A DNA stretch of 64,000 nt from Minisyncoccota bacterium (lineage in GTDB: Bacteria; Patescibacteriota; Microgenomatia; UBA1400; PJMF01): the NCBI GenBank assembly GCA_003173865.1, contig PJMF01000016.1, positions 17,347 through 81,346 on the forward strand, read 5' to 3'. Both the position numbers and the translations under genes were made by a program. The notes beneath the pieces are model-generated. The model was given only the letters and a program-made list of their open reading frames with translations. It was not told where the DNA came from and ran no database searches. Shown here piece by piece: positions 18,985 to 28,608 of this stretch (the stretch's first letter is position 1; every line of letters starts with the position of its first letter).

Positions 18985-19655
18985 GACTTCGGTGCGGTAC
19001 AAGATACTTTATTTTGATTATTAACTTGATAAGACGGCTGAATTTGCGGATCGGTTTGCATCATTTTCCACGCGATGAGTAGTAAAGCCACAAAACTCAT
19101 CACTGTGCCAAATAAGACTGGATGCGATTGAGTTGACATTTTCTGATTTTTTGGAAGAGGACAGTTTTTATCATTACACGCAGTATTCATATCTTTTAAA
19201 AGCAACCAGAGTGATATGAGCATGATCCCCAATGAAGCTGCCTTCAGTTCCAGACCTTGAAAAGGAAAAGAAGATAATCCCCCAGCAATACCAATTAATG
19301 AAAGTATTGTTGAGCCACAGATGGGACAAGCAGACGCAAAGACACCAATCACTGCGCCAATACTGCTCCCCGAATCTGTGGTACGAAGAGGTGAACCATA
19401 CACTTGCCAACGGTACACAAGTAATGCCGTATTTGCACCGAATACACCTGCAGTAATGAGTGTAATCACCAAGTAAGAAATCAGGTACGCTGGGTTACTA
19501 AAGGTATGATGAATCAATGTAAAAAGGTCTGAGTTCATTCTGAGAACAGCATAAAAAACTAACAGGAGAGCTGTGGCCGCAGTGAAACCAATCACGATAT
19601 AAAAGAGGCACGTAGCGAAGTCGATTTGAGGAGCATGACGTTTCATTTTTGCCAT
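18981..19655 (-). CDS. polytopic membrane protein with a CPxCG motif
   Basis: Five or six TM helices. ACPICG within a TM segment and a C-terminal CNDKNC. Last gene of the glucan-metabolism operon. Confidence 0.45.
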   Translation of the reverse strand: MAKMKRHAPQIDFATCLFYIVIGFTAATALLLVFYAVLRMNSDLFTLIHHTFSNPAYLISYLVITLITAGVFGANTALLVYRWQVYGSPLRTTDSGSSIGAVIGVFASACPICGSTILSLIGIAGGLSSFPFQGLELKAASLGIMLISLWLLLKDMNTACNDKNCPLPKNQKMSTQSHPVLFGTVMSFVALLLIAWKMMQTDPQIQPSYQVNNQNKVSCTAPKS

Positions 19656-19665
19656 AATTTGCTCA

Positions 19666-20589
19666 TTATAATTTCTCTAGTGCGATATTGACAGCACCAT
19701 AAACTGGTGACTTTTCCAGAAACTTAAACTCAAGTTGCGGATAGTGGTTTTTCAATTTTTGCTGGAGGGGATCAAAAACACTTGATTGTTTTAAAATGCT
19801 TCCTGCTGCAATAACATCCATATCTATTTGGTTGAGTTCCAGTTTGTTGACCACAGTGCTGATGATAAGAAACAACTCATCAACTGTTTCGTTTATAATT
19901 TTTTTTGCAGCTTCATCTCCGTGTTCGGCTGCTATCCCACAGATTTTGGCGAGCTCTGCAATTTGTGCTTTGGAAAGAATAGGATCATAAATTTTTTCTT
20001 TCAGCCTCACAAATGAATCTGTTTGAAAATGTTGTAAGAGAAGGGTCTCTAACTCTGTTTTGGCAGCTCGACCGTCATAACTACTTGTGGCGGCGCGAAG
20101 CACTTTGCGACCGATCTCATACCCTGAACCTTCATCGGCAAGTAAAAAATCCATTCCGCTAGTTTGTGCTGTTTGTCCTTTTTGATTTCGACCAAAACAA
20201 TTTGATCCAGTACCAGCAATCACTGCCACTGCATCGGGGTGACTCGCACCTGCTGCAAGCACAAGTTCGATGTCATTGATGACTGTGAAGTCCTTCACTT
20301 CAATTTGAGTGAGTTTTTTTGAGAAAAAGTCACGAGCAAAAATAACCTCATCAGGTGTATCAACGCCTGCTAAACCAAAAACTAATGCTTCACAACTTGA
20401 GTCGGGAACGAGCTGCGAAGTGACTTGTTCTACCGCAGCGAGAAAGTTTAGTCCAGCTGTCTCTTTATCAACCGCAGACAAATTAGTAGGACCAGAAACT
20501 CCTTGTGACAAAATATTTCCTTCTTCATCAGCACAAATAACTTCAGTTTTTGTACCTCCACCATCTAAACCAAGAACATACTTCAGCAT
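19666..20589 (-). CDS. BadF/BadG/BcrA/BcrD-type ATPase, probable N-acetylglucosamine/sugar kinase
   Basis: N-terminal LGLDGGGTKTEV (ASKHA fold phosphate-1 motif) and DEGSGYEIG. Confidence 0.75.
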   Translation of the reverse strand: MLKYVLGLDGGGTKTEVICADEEGNILSQGVSGPTNLSAVDKETAGLNFLAAVEQVTSQLVPDSSCEALVFGLAGVDTPDEVIFARDFFSKKLTQIEVKDFTVINDIELVLAAGASHPDAVAVIAGTGSNCFGRNQKGQTAQTSGMDFLLADEGSGYEIGRKVLRAATSSYDGRAAKTELETLLLQHFQTDSFVRLKEKIYDPILSKAQIAELAKICGIAAEHGDEAAKKIINETVDELFLIISTVVNKLELNQIDMDVIAAGSILKQSSVFDPLQQKLKNHYPQLEFKFLEKSPVYGAVNIALEKL

Positions 20590-20610
20590 AATTTTTTACT
20601 TTCTTCGGAC

Positions 20611-22614
20611 TTATGTAGCTTTTTCAATAGGACACTGAGGACAGAGATGAAGTTCTTCTAGTTTTTCAATATACATCATGATTGTTTCGACGTATACCGC
20701 ATGGCTCCAGACTAACGGAGTAGCAGACAAAGACTTTCCTGTATCTGGATGAAGTTGCTCAGGCAACACACCTGATTGATATGCATACTTTAATACCCAG
20801 TCCAGCGTTGCTTTGACATCTTTCAACTCTTTTTCGCCAGAGCCTTTTTTCTTTAGTTGTCGTTGCACTTCCCAAAGGGTGGTGATAATCCAGGGATTGG
20901 GTTGGTCTGTTTCGGCGAAGTACTTATCGCGTTCGTAACGCACGATACCACCAACTTTTCCATTATTTCGCAATCGATTTTGCACAGCCACTTCCGTTGC
21001 AACAAAAAGTGGATCTGTTTCATCCAAAATACCAAAGTACCACAAACCAAAGAGAGTACTCGCATCTACAGTTTCATCCAAGTTAAATTGACCATTTTCT
21101 AAAAATCCGATGCGCACAAAACTATTTAATTTATTACTAAATAAATATTTTTTCGTTGCCACTTGAATTTCTTTTGCGACGTCTCGGTAGTCACGCATGT
21201 GATTGCGTTTGCCTAACATTTCTGAAAAATTGGCAGCAGCAATCAGCGCTCCGTAAACAGATGCTGCGGTATAGGTTGATACGCCAATCTTTTCTTCCCA
21301 TAAATCATACGAATGAAGTGGTAAACCAGTTTCCTTATCGCGAAAAGCGACTAAGAAATTTGCCATTTTTTCAATACAGGGTTTGTAGTATGCTTCAATA
21401 AACTCAATATCTTTGGTGTATTGATAATGTTTCCACAAAGCGAATAAAACGGAAGCGGTTTCATCTTCTTGAATGGGCAACTGAAGAATTTTATCTTTCA
21501 GCCATTCTTTCTGTGCTGTGGTGGAGTGCCAGGTTGAACCTAAACTTTCATCACAACGAAAACGATGATGTAAGTAACCATCTGGGTGCAAAACATTTTG
21601 GCAAAACTTAAAAAATGGTTTCGTTGCTTCATCATAACCGGCACGATCAAGAGTCATCACGATGTACGCAGCATCACGCGGCCACATATATGAGTAGTCA
21701 TCTTTGCCATACTCCATCATTTCAGAGTCTGCAGATGCGATAATACTTCCTTCGTTATCAGTATGAGCGCGCAAAATAAATAATGATGTATCAAACATTT
21801 TTTTCTGTTCAGGTGAGAGCGTATCTGTGTGTAAATTCCGTTTATTAATCCATGCGTTCCAAAATTGCTCAGTTGAATAAATCATGTGAGAAGGTTGTTT
21901 TTCTAGAACGAGTTGATTTAAGCTATACGCTTCATCGAGTGATTTTCCCGCGCAGATCCAGTAAAAAAGTGTGTTTTTCACTTTACCGTCACACTTCAAA
22001 GAAAAGCGGACGACAGAATCAACTGATCCATGCTCGACGGCATTTTTAGTTAACTTACCATCTTCTGCATCACGGAATGTTCCTTCTTTCCCATCGTAAT
22101 CAAATAAACCAACAGAGTAATCATCGATGCCTACACCTTCGCTTGTTTGACCATTTACGATAAATACACGGCGCCCTTTGTAATGCACGACTGCTTGGTG
22201 AGTAGGATCGTAAAAACCGGTATTACGTTTTTGGTTTTCACTAATCATGAATTCTTGACCAAAAAATACCTTGACATCAATACATCCTTCGGAGTGATTG
22301 TAGACATCAATTTTACGCAGAAAAACATTTTTTTCGTTGTACACAATGTCTTCCATGACCAACGTGAGTTGTAATTTTTCGTTTTTGCAAATCAGTTGAC
22401 CAACCATCGTTTCTGGTTTGTAACCAATTGTGATATTCCACGAACCGTCATTGAGCCAAGAAAATGTGGTGTTTACCATCACGCCGATGCGATGTGTCTT
22501 GCCGACGACATGGTTTTCAAGGCCGACGTATGGATAGTACATATCGCGGACAAAGCCATATTTATCAAGCGAAACTAGCATTGATCCGTTACTTAAGATG
22601 AGTGCTCGTGACAT
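20611..22614 (-). CDS. glycoside hydrolase family 15 (glucoamylase/trehalase-like) with an N-terminal beta-sandwich domain
   Basis: N-terminal LSNGSMLVSLDKYGFVRDMYYPYVG typical of bacterial/archaeal GH15. Alpha/alpha-toroid region with WEEK..GVSTYT. Confidence 0.8.
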   Translation of the reverse strand: MSRALILSNGSMLVSLDKYGFVRDMYYPYVGLENHVVGKTHRIGVMVNTTFSWLNDGSWNITIGYKPETMVGQLICKNEKLQLTLVMEDIVYNEKNVFLRKIDVYNHSEGCIDVKVFFGQEFMISENQKRNTGFYDPTHQAVVHYKGRRVFIVNGQTSEGVGIDDYSVGLFDYDGKEGTFRDAEDGKLTKNAVEHGSVDSVVRFSLKCDGKVKNTLFYWICAGKSLDEAYSLNQLVLEKQPSHMIYSTEQFWNAWINKRNLHTDTLSPEQKKMFDTSLFILRAHTDNEGSIIASADSEMMEYGKDDYSYMWPRDAAYIVMTLDRAGYDEATKPFFKFCQNVLHPDGYLHHRFRCDESLGSTWHSTTAQKEWLKDKILQLPIQEDETASVLFALWKHYQYTKDIEFIEAYYKPCIEKMANFLVAFRDKETGLPLHSYDLWEEKIGVSTYTAASVYGALIAAANFSEMLGKRNHMRDYRDVAKEIQVATKKYLFSNKLNSFVRIGFLENGQFNLDETVDASTLFGLWYFGILDETDPLFVATEVAVQNRLRNNGKVGGIVRYERDKYFAETDQPNPWIITTLWEVQRQLKKKGSGEKELKDVKATLDWVLKYAYQSGVLPEQLHPDTGKSLSATPLVWSHAVYVETIMMYIEKLEELHLCPQCPIEKAT

Positions 22615-23837
22615 AATCTACTTTCCATGTCAGCGACGACGGCGCTGAATCTGTTGTACGCTTCAAATGGTGAGTCATAAGGACTGAAGTATTTATGAAC
22701 ATCACCATCGGCTGACCATTTCACACACATATAATAAAAGTGATCACTGGTTTGTAAACGACGCCAATCCTCAATTAATTTTTGATCGTTTGAAGATAAC
22801 ACTTTATCTTCGAGACTGTAAATGAGACGGAGTGTGTCATGTTGAAGTGAGTTTCCGCGCCAAGCTGTTAAGTCGCGATCTACATCTGCCCAGGAAATTG
22901 GTTCCGGGACATCGTAGGTAGGGTAAATGGTAGAGGGGTTAGGGGACAGGTGTTGTTGGTGCTGTAGAATTTCTAAGTAAGGCAATGCGGCAACGACGCT
23001 TGGTTTGACAAACGTTTGGTCCGGCCTTTTACTTGCTTCGTGTACGACGGTCTTGAAAAAATTAAAAATGCCAGTGTCTTCCCACTGATGTTCACCAAAT
23101 GTTTCAAAATCCATAAAAAGATTAATCAGCTCTCCTGGCAAAAAACTGTCAAGCCAATAAAGATATTTTTCTGCAGTGAGAGGATGCTCAAACCAATTTT
23201 TATCTGAAAAACGGAATGCAACGTCATCAGAAAGTTGAGCATGCTTCAGTAAAACAGGAATTGCTGGTTTACTGTGAGAAATAAAGAGTTGAGCACGAGA
23301 GCGACCGTGCAAGTATCTTTCAACACCTTCAGTCAGTATTCCAATAAAACCAAGTTTTGCGACTTTCGCTGCAATATCGTTTGAGTAAATCAGCTCAGTG
23401 TTACGAAAAACTTTGGGTGTCACCGAAAATAATTTTTGGATGAGTCTAGTGTGCTGACGGACCTGGCTCACAAACTCATCAAGAGAATAAAGACTTGATA
23501 GAGAGTGATAGTACGTTTCTGAGAGCAATTCTACTTGGCTAGTTGAGACAAGTTGTTGAATTAATTCAATGACTCTGGGTTCAAAAGCCAGTGCTTGTTC
23601 GAGAAAAATTCCTGAGCACGAGAGAGCAAAAATAAACTTCGGGACTTCTTGTGTTAACTCATAAAGTAATGACAACATGGGCACATATGATTTTTGCGCA
23701 ACTTTGCTAAAAATTGCTTGATTCGTATTTCTGTCGTCAACAAAATAATTTTTTTCACTTTCGGTTAAATCAAAAACAGAAAAATTTCGCAGACGATACG
23801 GCTGGTGAAGCTGGAAATAAAAACACAGTTGTGCCAT
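22593..23837 (-). CDS. glycoside hydrolase family 57-like protein
   Basis: N-terminal FYFQLHQPYR motif characteristic of GH57. A DFETFGEH segment is also present. Confidence 0.6.
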   Translation of the reverse strand: MAQLCFYFQLHQPYRLRNFSVFDLTESEKNYFVDDRNTNQAIFSKVAQKSYVPMLSLLYELTQEVPKFIFALSCSGIFLEQALAFEPRVIELIQQLVSTSQVELLSETYYHSLSSLYSLDEFVSQVRQHTRLIQKLFSVTPKVFRNTELIYSNDIAAKVAKLGFIGILTEGVERYLHGRSRAQLFISHSKPAIPVLLKHAQLSDDVAFRFSDKNWFEHPLTAEKYLYWLDSFLPGELINLFMDFETFGEHQWEDTGIFNFFKTVVHEASKRPDQTFVKPSVVAALPYLEILQHQQHLSPNPSTIYPTYDVPEPISWADVDRDLTAWRGNSLQHDTLRLIYSLEDKVLSSNDQKLIEDWRRLQTSDHFYYMCVKWSADGDVHKYFSPYDSPFEAYNRFSAVVADMESRLCHEHSS

Positions 23838-23839
23838 GA

Positions 23840-25093
23840 CTATTGTGCTCCAGTGATAAGATCATGGTAAACATTGCGAATACCTTGAGCGGATCTTTCC
23901 CACGTTGCTTCTTTTAAATTTTCGTTTTGACCACGCATCACTTGCTGACGGTAATCTTGATTTGTAATCAGTTTGACAATTTCATCGCGCATTTTATTGA
24001 TATCCCAGAAATCAACTTGGATGGAGTTAGACATAATTTCTCTCACACCAGAGTTTGTGGAAACGATGACCGGCGTATGCCGTTGAGCAGCTTCAAGTGC
24101 AACTAAGCCAAAAGGTTCTGACAGTGAGGGCATCACAAAAACATCCGCCCGATCAAGTAAAACTTCGCGTTGGCGATCACGGATAAAGCCAGTGAAAAGG
24201 ACAGAAGCAGAGAGATGCTGGTCGGCGTTTCTCAGAAGTAAGTAGTGGTATTGATCTCCGCTGCCCGCTACCACAAAAAGCGCTTCGGGAATTTTCTGCA
24301 GTACACTATTTGCGAGCTCAATAAAATACTCCGCGCCTTTTTGCGCAGTGAGACGCCCCATGAAAACGATCACTGGTCTATTTGCCGCAAAGTGAGAACT
24401 CAGCGATGGAGTAATAGGTGAAACTCCATTGTGAACGACTACAATTTTGCTTGGATCGACAAAGTATTTATCAATTAACATTTTTTTAGTGAAGTGGCTT
24501 ACTGCAATGACTTTGTTTGCTTGTTGCAAACCCATGTACTCTGTGTGTGCAATGTAGTGACTCCCGTGGCCACTGGGAATACGGTCAAACTCAGTAGAGT
24601 GGACGTGCGCAATAAATGGTTTTCCTAAGTTGGCTTGAATCTTCATTGCAGCTGGAAAAGACATCCAGTCATGGGCGTGTACAACGGAGTAATCATCAGA
24701 TAATTTTTTGCTCTCACTGAGCACTTTTTCCGCGTACTCATTTACTTGGTGTTCCATTTCGGATTGAGCAAGTGAAGAGAGTTCTATCGGGGAAGTTGAT
24801 GAAGAAAACTTAATTGGTGCAGAGTTCACTGAACTATATGTTGAAAATGGTGGTGCTGCGCGAAACTGTCCAGAATCATCACTTTGACAGTGAATGACTT
24901 TCATGTGAGTTACTGCTTGTGGATGCAGATATGGAAGGGTGAAGTAAATTTGTGTATTTTGTTGAGAAAGTGCTTCGGTCATACCTTGGCAGGCAATACC
25001 TAAGCCACCACTGTTATGTGGCGGATATTCCCAACCAATCATGAAGACGCGTTGTTGTATTCCGTCCATGACATTACCCAAAATATATGTCAC
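23840..25093 (-). CDS. glycogen-synthase-like GT-B glycosyltransferase (GT4/GT5)
   Basis: N-terminal WEYPPHNSGGLGIACQGMTEAL, paralleling the E.P..K.GGL motif of GlgA-type enzymes. C-terminal FVMPSLSEPFGLVALEAAQRHTPVIV. Confidence 0.75.
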   Translation of the reverse strand: MTYILGNVMDGIQQRVFMIGWEYPPHNSGGLGIACQGMTEALSQQNTQIYFTLPYLHPQAVTHMKVIHCQSDDSGQFRAAPPFSTYSSVNSAPIKFSSSTSPIELSSLAQSEMEHQVNEYAEKVLSESKKLSDDYSVVHAHDWMSFPAAMKIQANLGKPFIAHVHSTEFDRIPSGHGSHYIAHTEYMGLQQANKVIAVSHFTKKMLIDKYFVDPSKIVVVHNGVSPITPSLSSHFAANRPVIVFMGRLTAQKGAEYFIELANSVLQKIPEALFVVAGSGDQYHYLLLRNADQHLSASVLFTGFIRDRQREVLLDRADVFVMPSLSEPFGLVALEAAQRHTPVIVSTNSGVREIMSNSIQVDFWDINKMRDEIVKLITNQDYRQQVMRGQNENLKEATWERSAQGIRNVYHDLITGAQ

Positions 25094-25095
25094 TT

Positions 25096-25809
25096 TCAGT
25101 GTAGAATAATCGAGAGGATGAATGCAAGACTAAATCCCAAGAAACTACCGCCAATTACATCGCTGAGCCAATGTTCACCTAAACTGATTCTGGATAAAAA
25201 CATAATGAAATAGAACAAAAAGTATCCTGCACAAAAAAGCAGTTTTTTTTGTTGAGAAAATTGCTTCTTTTTACTTTGCAAAGTTACGAAACTCACAATT
25301 ACAAAAACGAATGCAGCTCTCATTGCGTGACCTGATGGATACGAGTTTCCAGTTTCGGCAAATGAGCTAGGAAAGAAAAAAGAAAAGGTGTTGCGAAAAA
25401 AAACCAATGGCGGCGAGGGATGGTGAAAAAATGTTTTTCCAAAAAGTTCGAATAGGTGACCAGCTCCATACAGGAAAAAAAGAAAAATGCGATGAACATT
25501 ATTTTTGAGTTTCCATAATGCAAAGAAAATGAGAAATACGGTAACCACTTCAAAACTGCCAATAAGACTCAGAAGAGAAAAAAATGGATCCACGCGTCGA
25601 GGAATGAGCTGTTGAAGATGTACAGTCATTTTGAGATCAATACTTGCGAGAAAATTCTTCCCAACTAAAAAACTACAGAGTATAAATGCGCAAAAAAAAG
25701 CTATCCCAACTAAGGCATAATGAAAAGACAATTGATCTCTCTTATGAATCATGATGATTCCTTTTGATGGATGTGCAGATAACCCAAAAGAGTTCCCGTC
25801 AGTGCCCAA
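25096..25809 (-). CDS. PAP2 family membrane phosphatase
   Basis: YPSGHAMRA (PAP2 motif 2) and a later SRISLGEHWLSDV (motif 3). Confidence 0.7.
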   Translation of the reverse strand: MGTDGNSFGLSAHPSKGIIMIHKRDQLSFHYALVGIAFFCAFILCSFLVGKNFLASIDLKMTVHLQQLIPRRVDPFFSLLSLIGSFEVVTVFLIFFALWKLKNNVHRIFLFFLYGAGHLFELFGKTFFHHPSPPLVFFRNTFSFFFPSSFAETGNSYPSGHAMRAAFVFVIVSFVTLQSKKKQFSQQKKLLFCAGYFLFYFIMFLSRISLGEHWLSDVIGGSFLGFSLAFILSIILH

Positions 25810-27179
25810 AAACTAAACGCAACTTTCGAAGCAGCAAACACATCAATTAAGACGGCATTCGCAAGTAAACCACTGATGATTCCAAGATACGCAATGCTGA
25901 ATGAATCATGTATTTTTTTCTTCGCAATCAGGACCGCACGGCCAATAATGGCAAAAAAAGCTACAAAACCAAGTACACCAGTCTCACCTAAAATGCGCAA
26001 ATAATTATTATCAACGCCATCGGCTTCGGCGAGATGATTAAAATCTCTTTTATTCAAAGTGGAAAATCCTGATCCCAGAAAGGGTTGACGCAAAAATCCT
26101 TTTATAGCTTGCGGCCAAAGTGACTCTAAGCGAATGCACAGCGAAATTTCTTTTTCTTTTGCGCAGCCAGAAAGTTGCTGAGGCTGTGCAGGTAGAGTTT
26201 CCGAAGGTAAACGATCTGCTTCATCGCGCGGAACGGGCAGTACATACTGAGAAATAATTGGCTGAGTTACATTTTGCGAGTTTCCGGAAAAAAACACTCC
26301 GCCCACTGCGTGTTCAAGTAAAGCTGAAAGATTGCTGCCAAAACTTACAAAAAATATTGTGGTAAGCACGCTGACAAAGGCGATGCGCAAAGCGAGCAGC
26401 TTGAATTTACTTTGTAACTTTCTTTCGCGCCAAAGAAATAAAAGGATGACCAGCCCAGTTGCGAGTAGATAACTCAGAAATGCACTGCGTAACCCACTGA
26501 CAATTAAGCTCCACAAAGCCATGCAGTAAATAACTGTCAAAATAACTTGATGTTTTCGTCGCGAAGCAGTAAAAAGTAAGACAGTTATGAGAGGTAAAAT
26601 TAAAACCATAAAAATTGCAAAATCATAATGTCCAGCAAAAGTTGATTGAACACGTGCATATGGACTCGCGAGTTCAAGTGGAATTCCAGAACTGAACTCC
26701 CAGTTCATCGTGGAGTAAACTGGCCAACGGAAGTATTTTTGACCTGCACCATACAGAGTAGTAGCGATCACTGCAACCAAGAAACACGAAATGAGAAACT
26801 GTGCATGTCCTTTTTTTTGAATTGCAGAATATGTAAAAAAGAACAATGAAAAATACTCCGTATATCTTAATAAATGAAGAAAGGCTTTTGCAATATGCAC
26901 TGGTAAAATGGGGATTGTTTTGATCAAGAAAAGTGCGGAGAGCAAGGAAAGTAAACCAATGAGAAGATAAGCACCGATAAAAATATTCAACGGAGTTTTG
27001 TAAGATATCTTTTTTCTTGCGAGCGCAATGAGCCAAATGATGCCAGTTACTCCAATGATCACATCCTCTACTCGAACGCGCACAATATAGCCTGGAATAG
27101 GCTGAAACAATGGAATTTTAGGCCACACGGGAATGAAGATAATCAAAAAACCGGTGAGGAAAAGCAGAAGTTTTTTCAT
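25749..27179 (-). CDS. O-antigen ligase/Wzy_C-like polytopic membrane protein
   Basis: About 10 to 12 TM helices with a large loop toward the C-terminal third. First gene of the long minus-strand operon. Confidence 0.5.
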   Translation of the reverse strand: MKKLLLFLTGFLIIFIPVWPKIPLFQPIPGYIVRVRVEDVIIGVTGIIWLIALARKKISYKTPLNIFIGAYLLIGLLSLLSALFLIKTIPILPVHIAKAFLHLLRYTEYFSLFFFTYSAIQKKGHAQFLISCFLVAVIATTLYGAGQKYFRWPVYSTMNWEFSSGIPLELASPYARVQSTFAGHYDFAIFMVLILPLITVLLFTASRRKHQVILTVIYCMALWSLIVSGLRSAFLSYLLATGLVILLFLWRERKLQSKFKLLALRIAFVSVLTTIFFVSFGSNLSALLEHAVGGVFFSGNSQNVTQPIISQYVLPVPRDEADRLPSETLPAQPQQLSGCAKEKEISLCIRLESLWPQAIKGFLRQPFLGSGFSTLNKRDFNHLAEADGVDNNYLRILGETGVLGFVAFFAIIGRAVLIAKKKIHDSFSIAYLGIISGLLANAVLIDVFAASKVAFSFWALTGTLLGYLHIHQKESS

Positions 27180-27200
27180 AAGCTATCCGGAGTTACGTGA

Positions 27201-27268
27201 TTTTCAAGAGACGATGATCGCACCAAAGTATCTGCAAGTGCTCACACAGCTCTCAAGTCTCTTGAAAA
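27201..27268. promoter_or_regulatory. 12 bp perfect inverted repeat (TTTTCAAGAGAC ... GTCTCTTGAAAA) in the divergent promoter region
   Basis: Arms at 27201-27212 and 27257-27268, 44 nt apart, between the divergent genes at 27179(-) and 27325(+). A putative TTGTAA-16-TATACT promoter for the + gene lies just downstream. Confidence 0.35.
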
Positions 27269-27324
27269 CCACGAACTCCTGCTAAGTTGTAAAGCGCATC
27301 AAGTATTATATACTCCAAGACGAG

Positions 27325-28608
27325 ATGAAAAAATCGCTCTTTCACACAGTAGAGTTTGGATTTCTCTTAGTCATGATGGTTCTTTTTATTTTTTTGCGCT
27401 CACTCCATTTTGCACAATTTCTTAATTTTTCAGCTGATCAAGCGACTTTTTCGCTCAAGGCACTAGAAATTTGGCGAAATAAATCACTTGTACTTATCGG
27501 TCCTACGTTTTCTTTAAATGCGTTTGGGCGTTACGCTTTTCAAGGACCGGCAATTTATTACGTACAACTTTTCTTTTTACTCATTGGGAATTTTGATCCA
27601 GTGAAAACGTCATTTTTCTTCATGCTGTTTGCCAGCGTCATGACTTGGCCGCTGTATTATGGAGTGAAGTGGTTAAGCGGGAAAAAGGTTGCGGCCTTCA
27701 TCGTGATGTGCTACGTAACACTACCATTTTTCATCGACTACAGCCGTTTTCTCTGGAATCCCAACTTTCAATTTGTTTTGTCGCCATTTTTAATTTTAGC
27801 AATGGGCTGGTGTGCTCAAAAAATGAGTGCGTTACGATTTTTTTTAGTAGCAGTTATTGCTGGATTTTTACTTCAGTTTCATTACCAATTTGTCTTGGTT
27901 TTATTGGGATTATTTTTTTATTATTTTGTACAAAAAAAGTTACAGTGGCGTTACATTTTGCTGTGGATATGTGGAGTGATGATTGGATTTTTTCCATTGA
28001 TTCTGTTTGAGCTTCGTCATCAATTTTATAATACGCAAACGATTTTTCTTTTGGTTACTTCTTTTTTCCATCACTTTGATACTCAATCGAAACTTCATTT
28101 TGCATTTGCGCCTCATTATGTTTTGAGTGTTTCCTTTTTTCTTTTAGTAAGTGTCTCAACGATGTTAAAAAAATATCTTTCAAGTTTGGTGATCACGACC
28201 AGTGCAGTCATTTTGATTACTCTCTCTTTACTCCGATATTTCCCAACTCCTACTCACGCATTTGGGATGGTTGATGACTGGAATTACTCAAATGAACAAA
28301 AAATTGCTCAAGTTATCCAGAGTGAAAATATCTCCAACTTTAACGTCGTGAACCTGATTTATGACACCGATGCAGCTGTGCAGCGATACTTGCTTGTGAT
28401 AAACAATCAAGAAAATAAACTCGGTGATTATCAACACGAGCATTTTCTTTTTGTTGTGTATGGAGACGATGAACTTACTAAAACTCAGGCGTACGAAGTA
28501 AAAACTTTTGCTCCGTACACTCTGAAAAAGAAGTGGCAAATAAATTCCAAGTATACTCTGGCTTTACTAGAACATGCTCCTTCATACGGCAAGATACTGT
28601 TTGAGTAG
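27325..28608 (+). CDS. polytopic membrane protein, possibly a GT-C (ArnT/PMT-like) glycosyltransferase
   Basis: At least 10 TM helices. Assignment is weak and based on topology only. Confidence 0.4.
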   Translation: MKKSLFHTVEFGFLLVMMVLFIFLRSLHFAQFLNFSADQATFSLKALEIWRNKSLVLIGPTFSLNAFGRYAFQGPAIYYVQLFFLLIGNFDPVKTSFFFMLFASVMTWPLYYGVKWLSGKKVAAFIVMCYVTLPFFIDYSRFLWNPNFQFVLSPFLILAMGWCAQKMSALRFFLVAVIAGFLLQFHYQFVLVLLGLFFYYFVQKKLQWRYILLWICGVMIGFFPLILFELRHQFYNTQTIFLLVTSFFHHFDTQSKLHFAFAPHYVLSVSFFLLVSVSTMLKKYLSSLVITTSAVILITLSLLRYFPTPTHAFGMVDDWNYSNEQKIAQVIQSENISNFNVVNLIYDTDAAVQRYLLVINNQENKLGDYQHEHFLFVVYGDDELTKTQAYEVKTFAPYTLKKKWQINSKYTLALLEHAPSYGKILFE

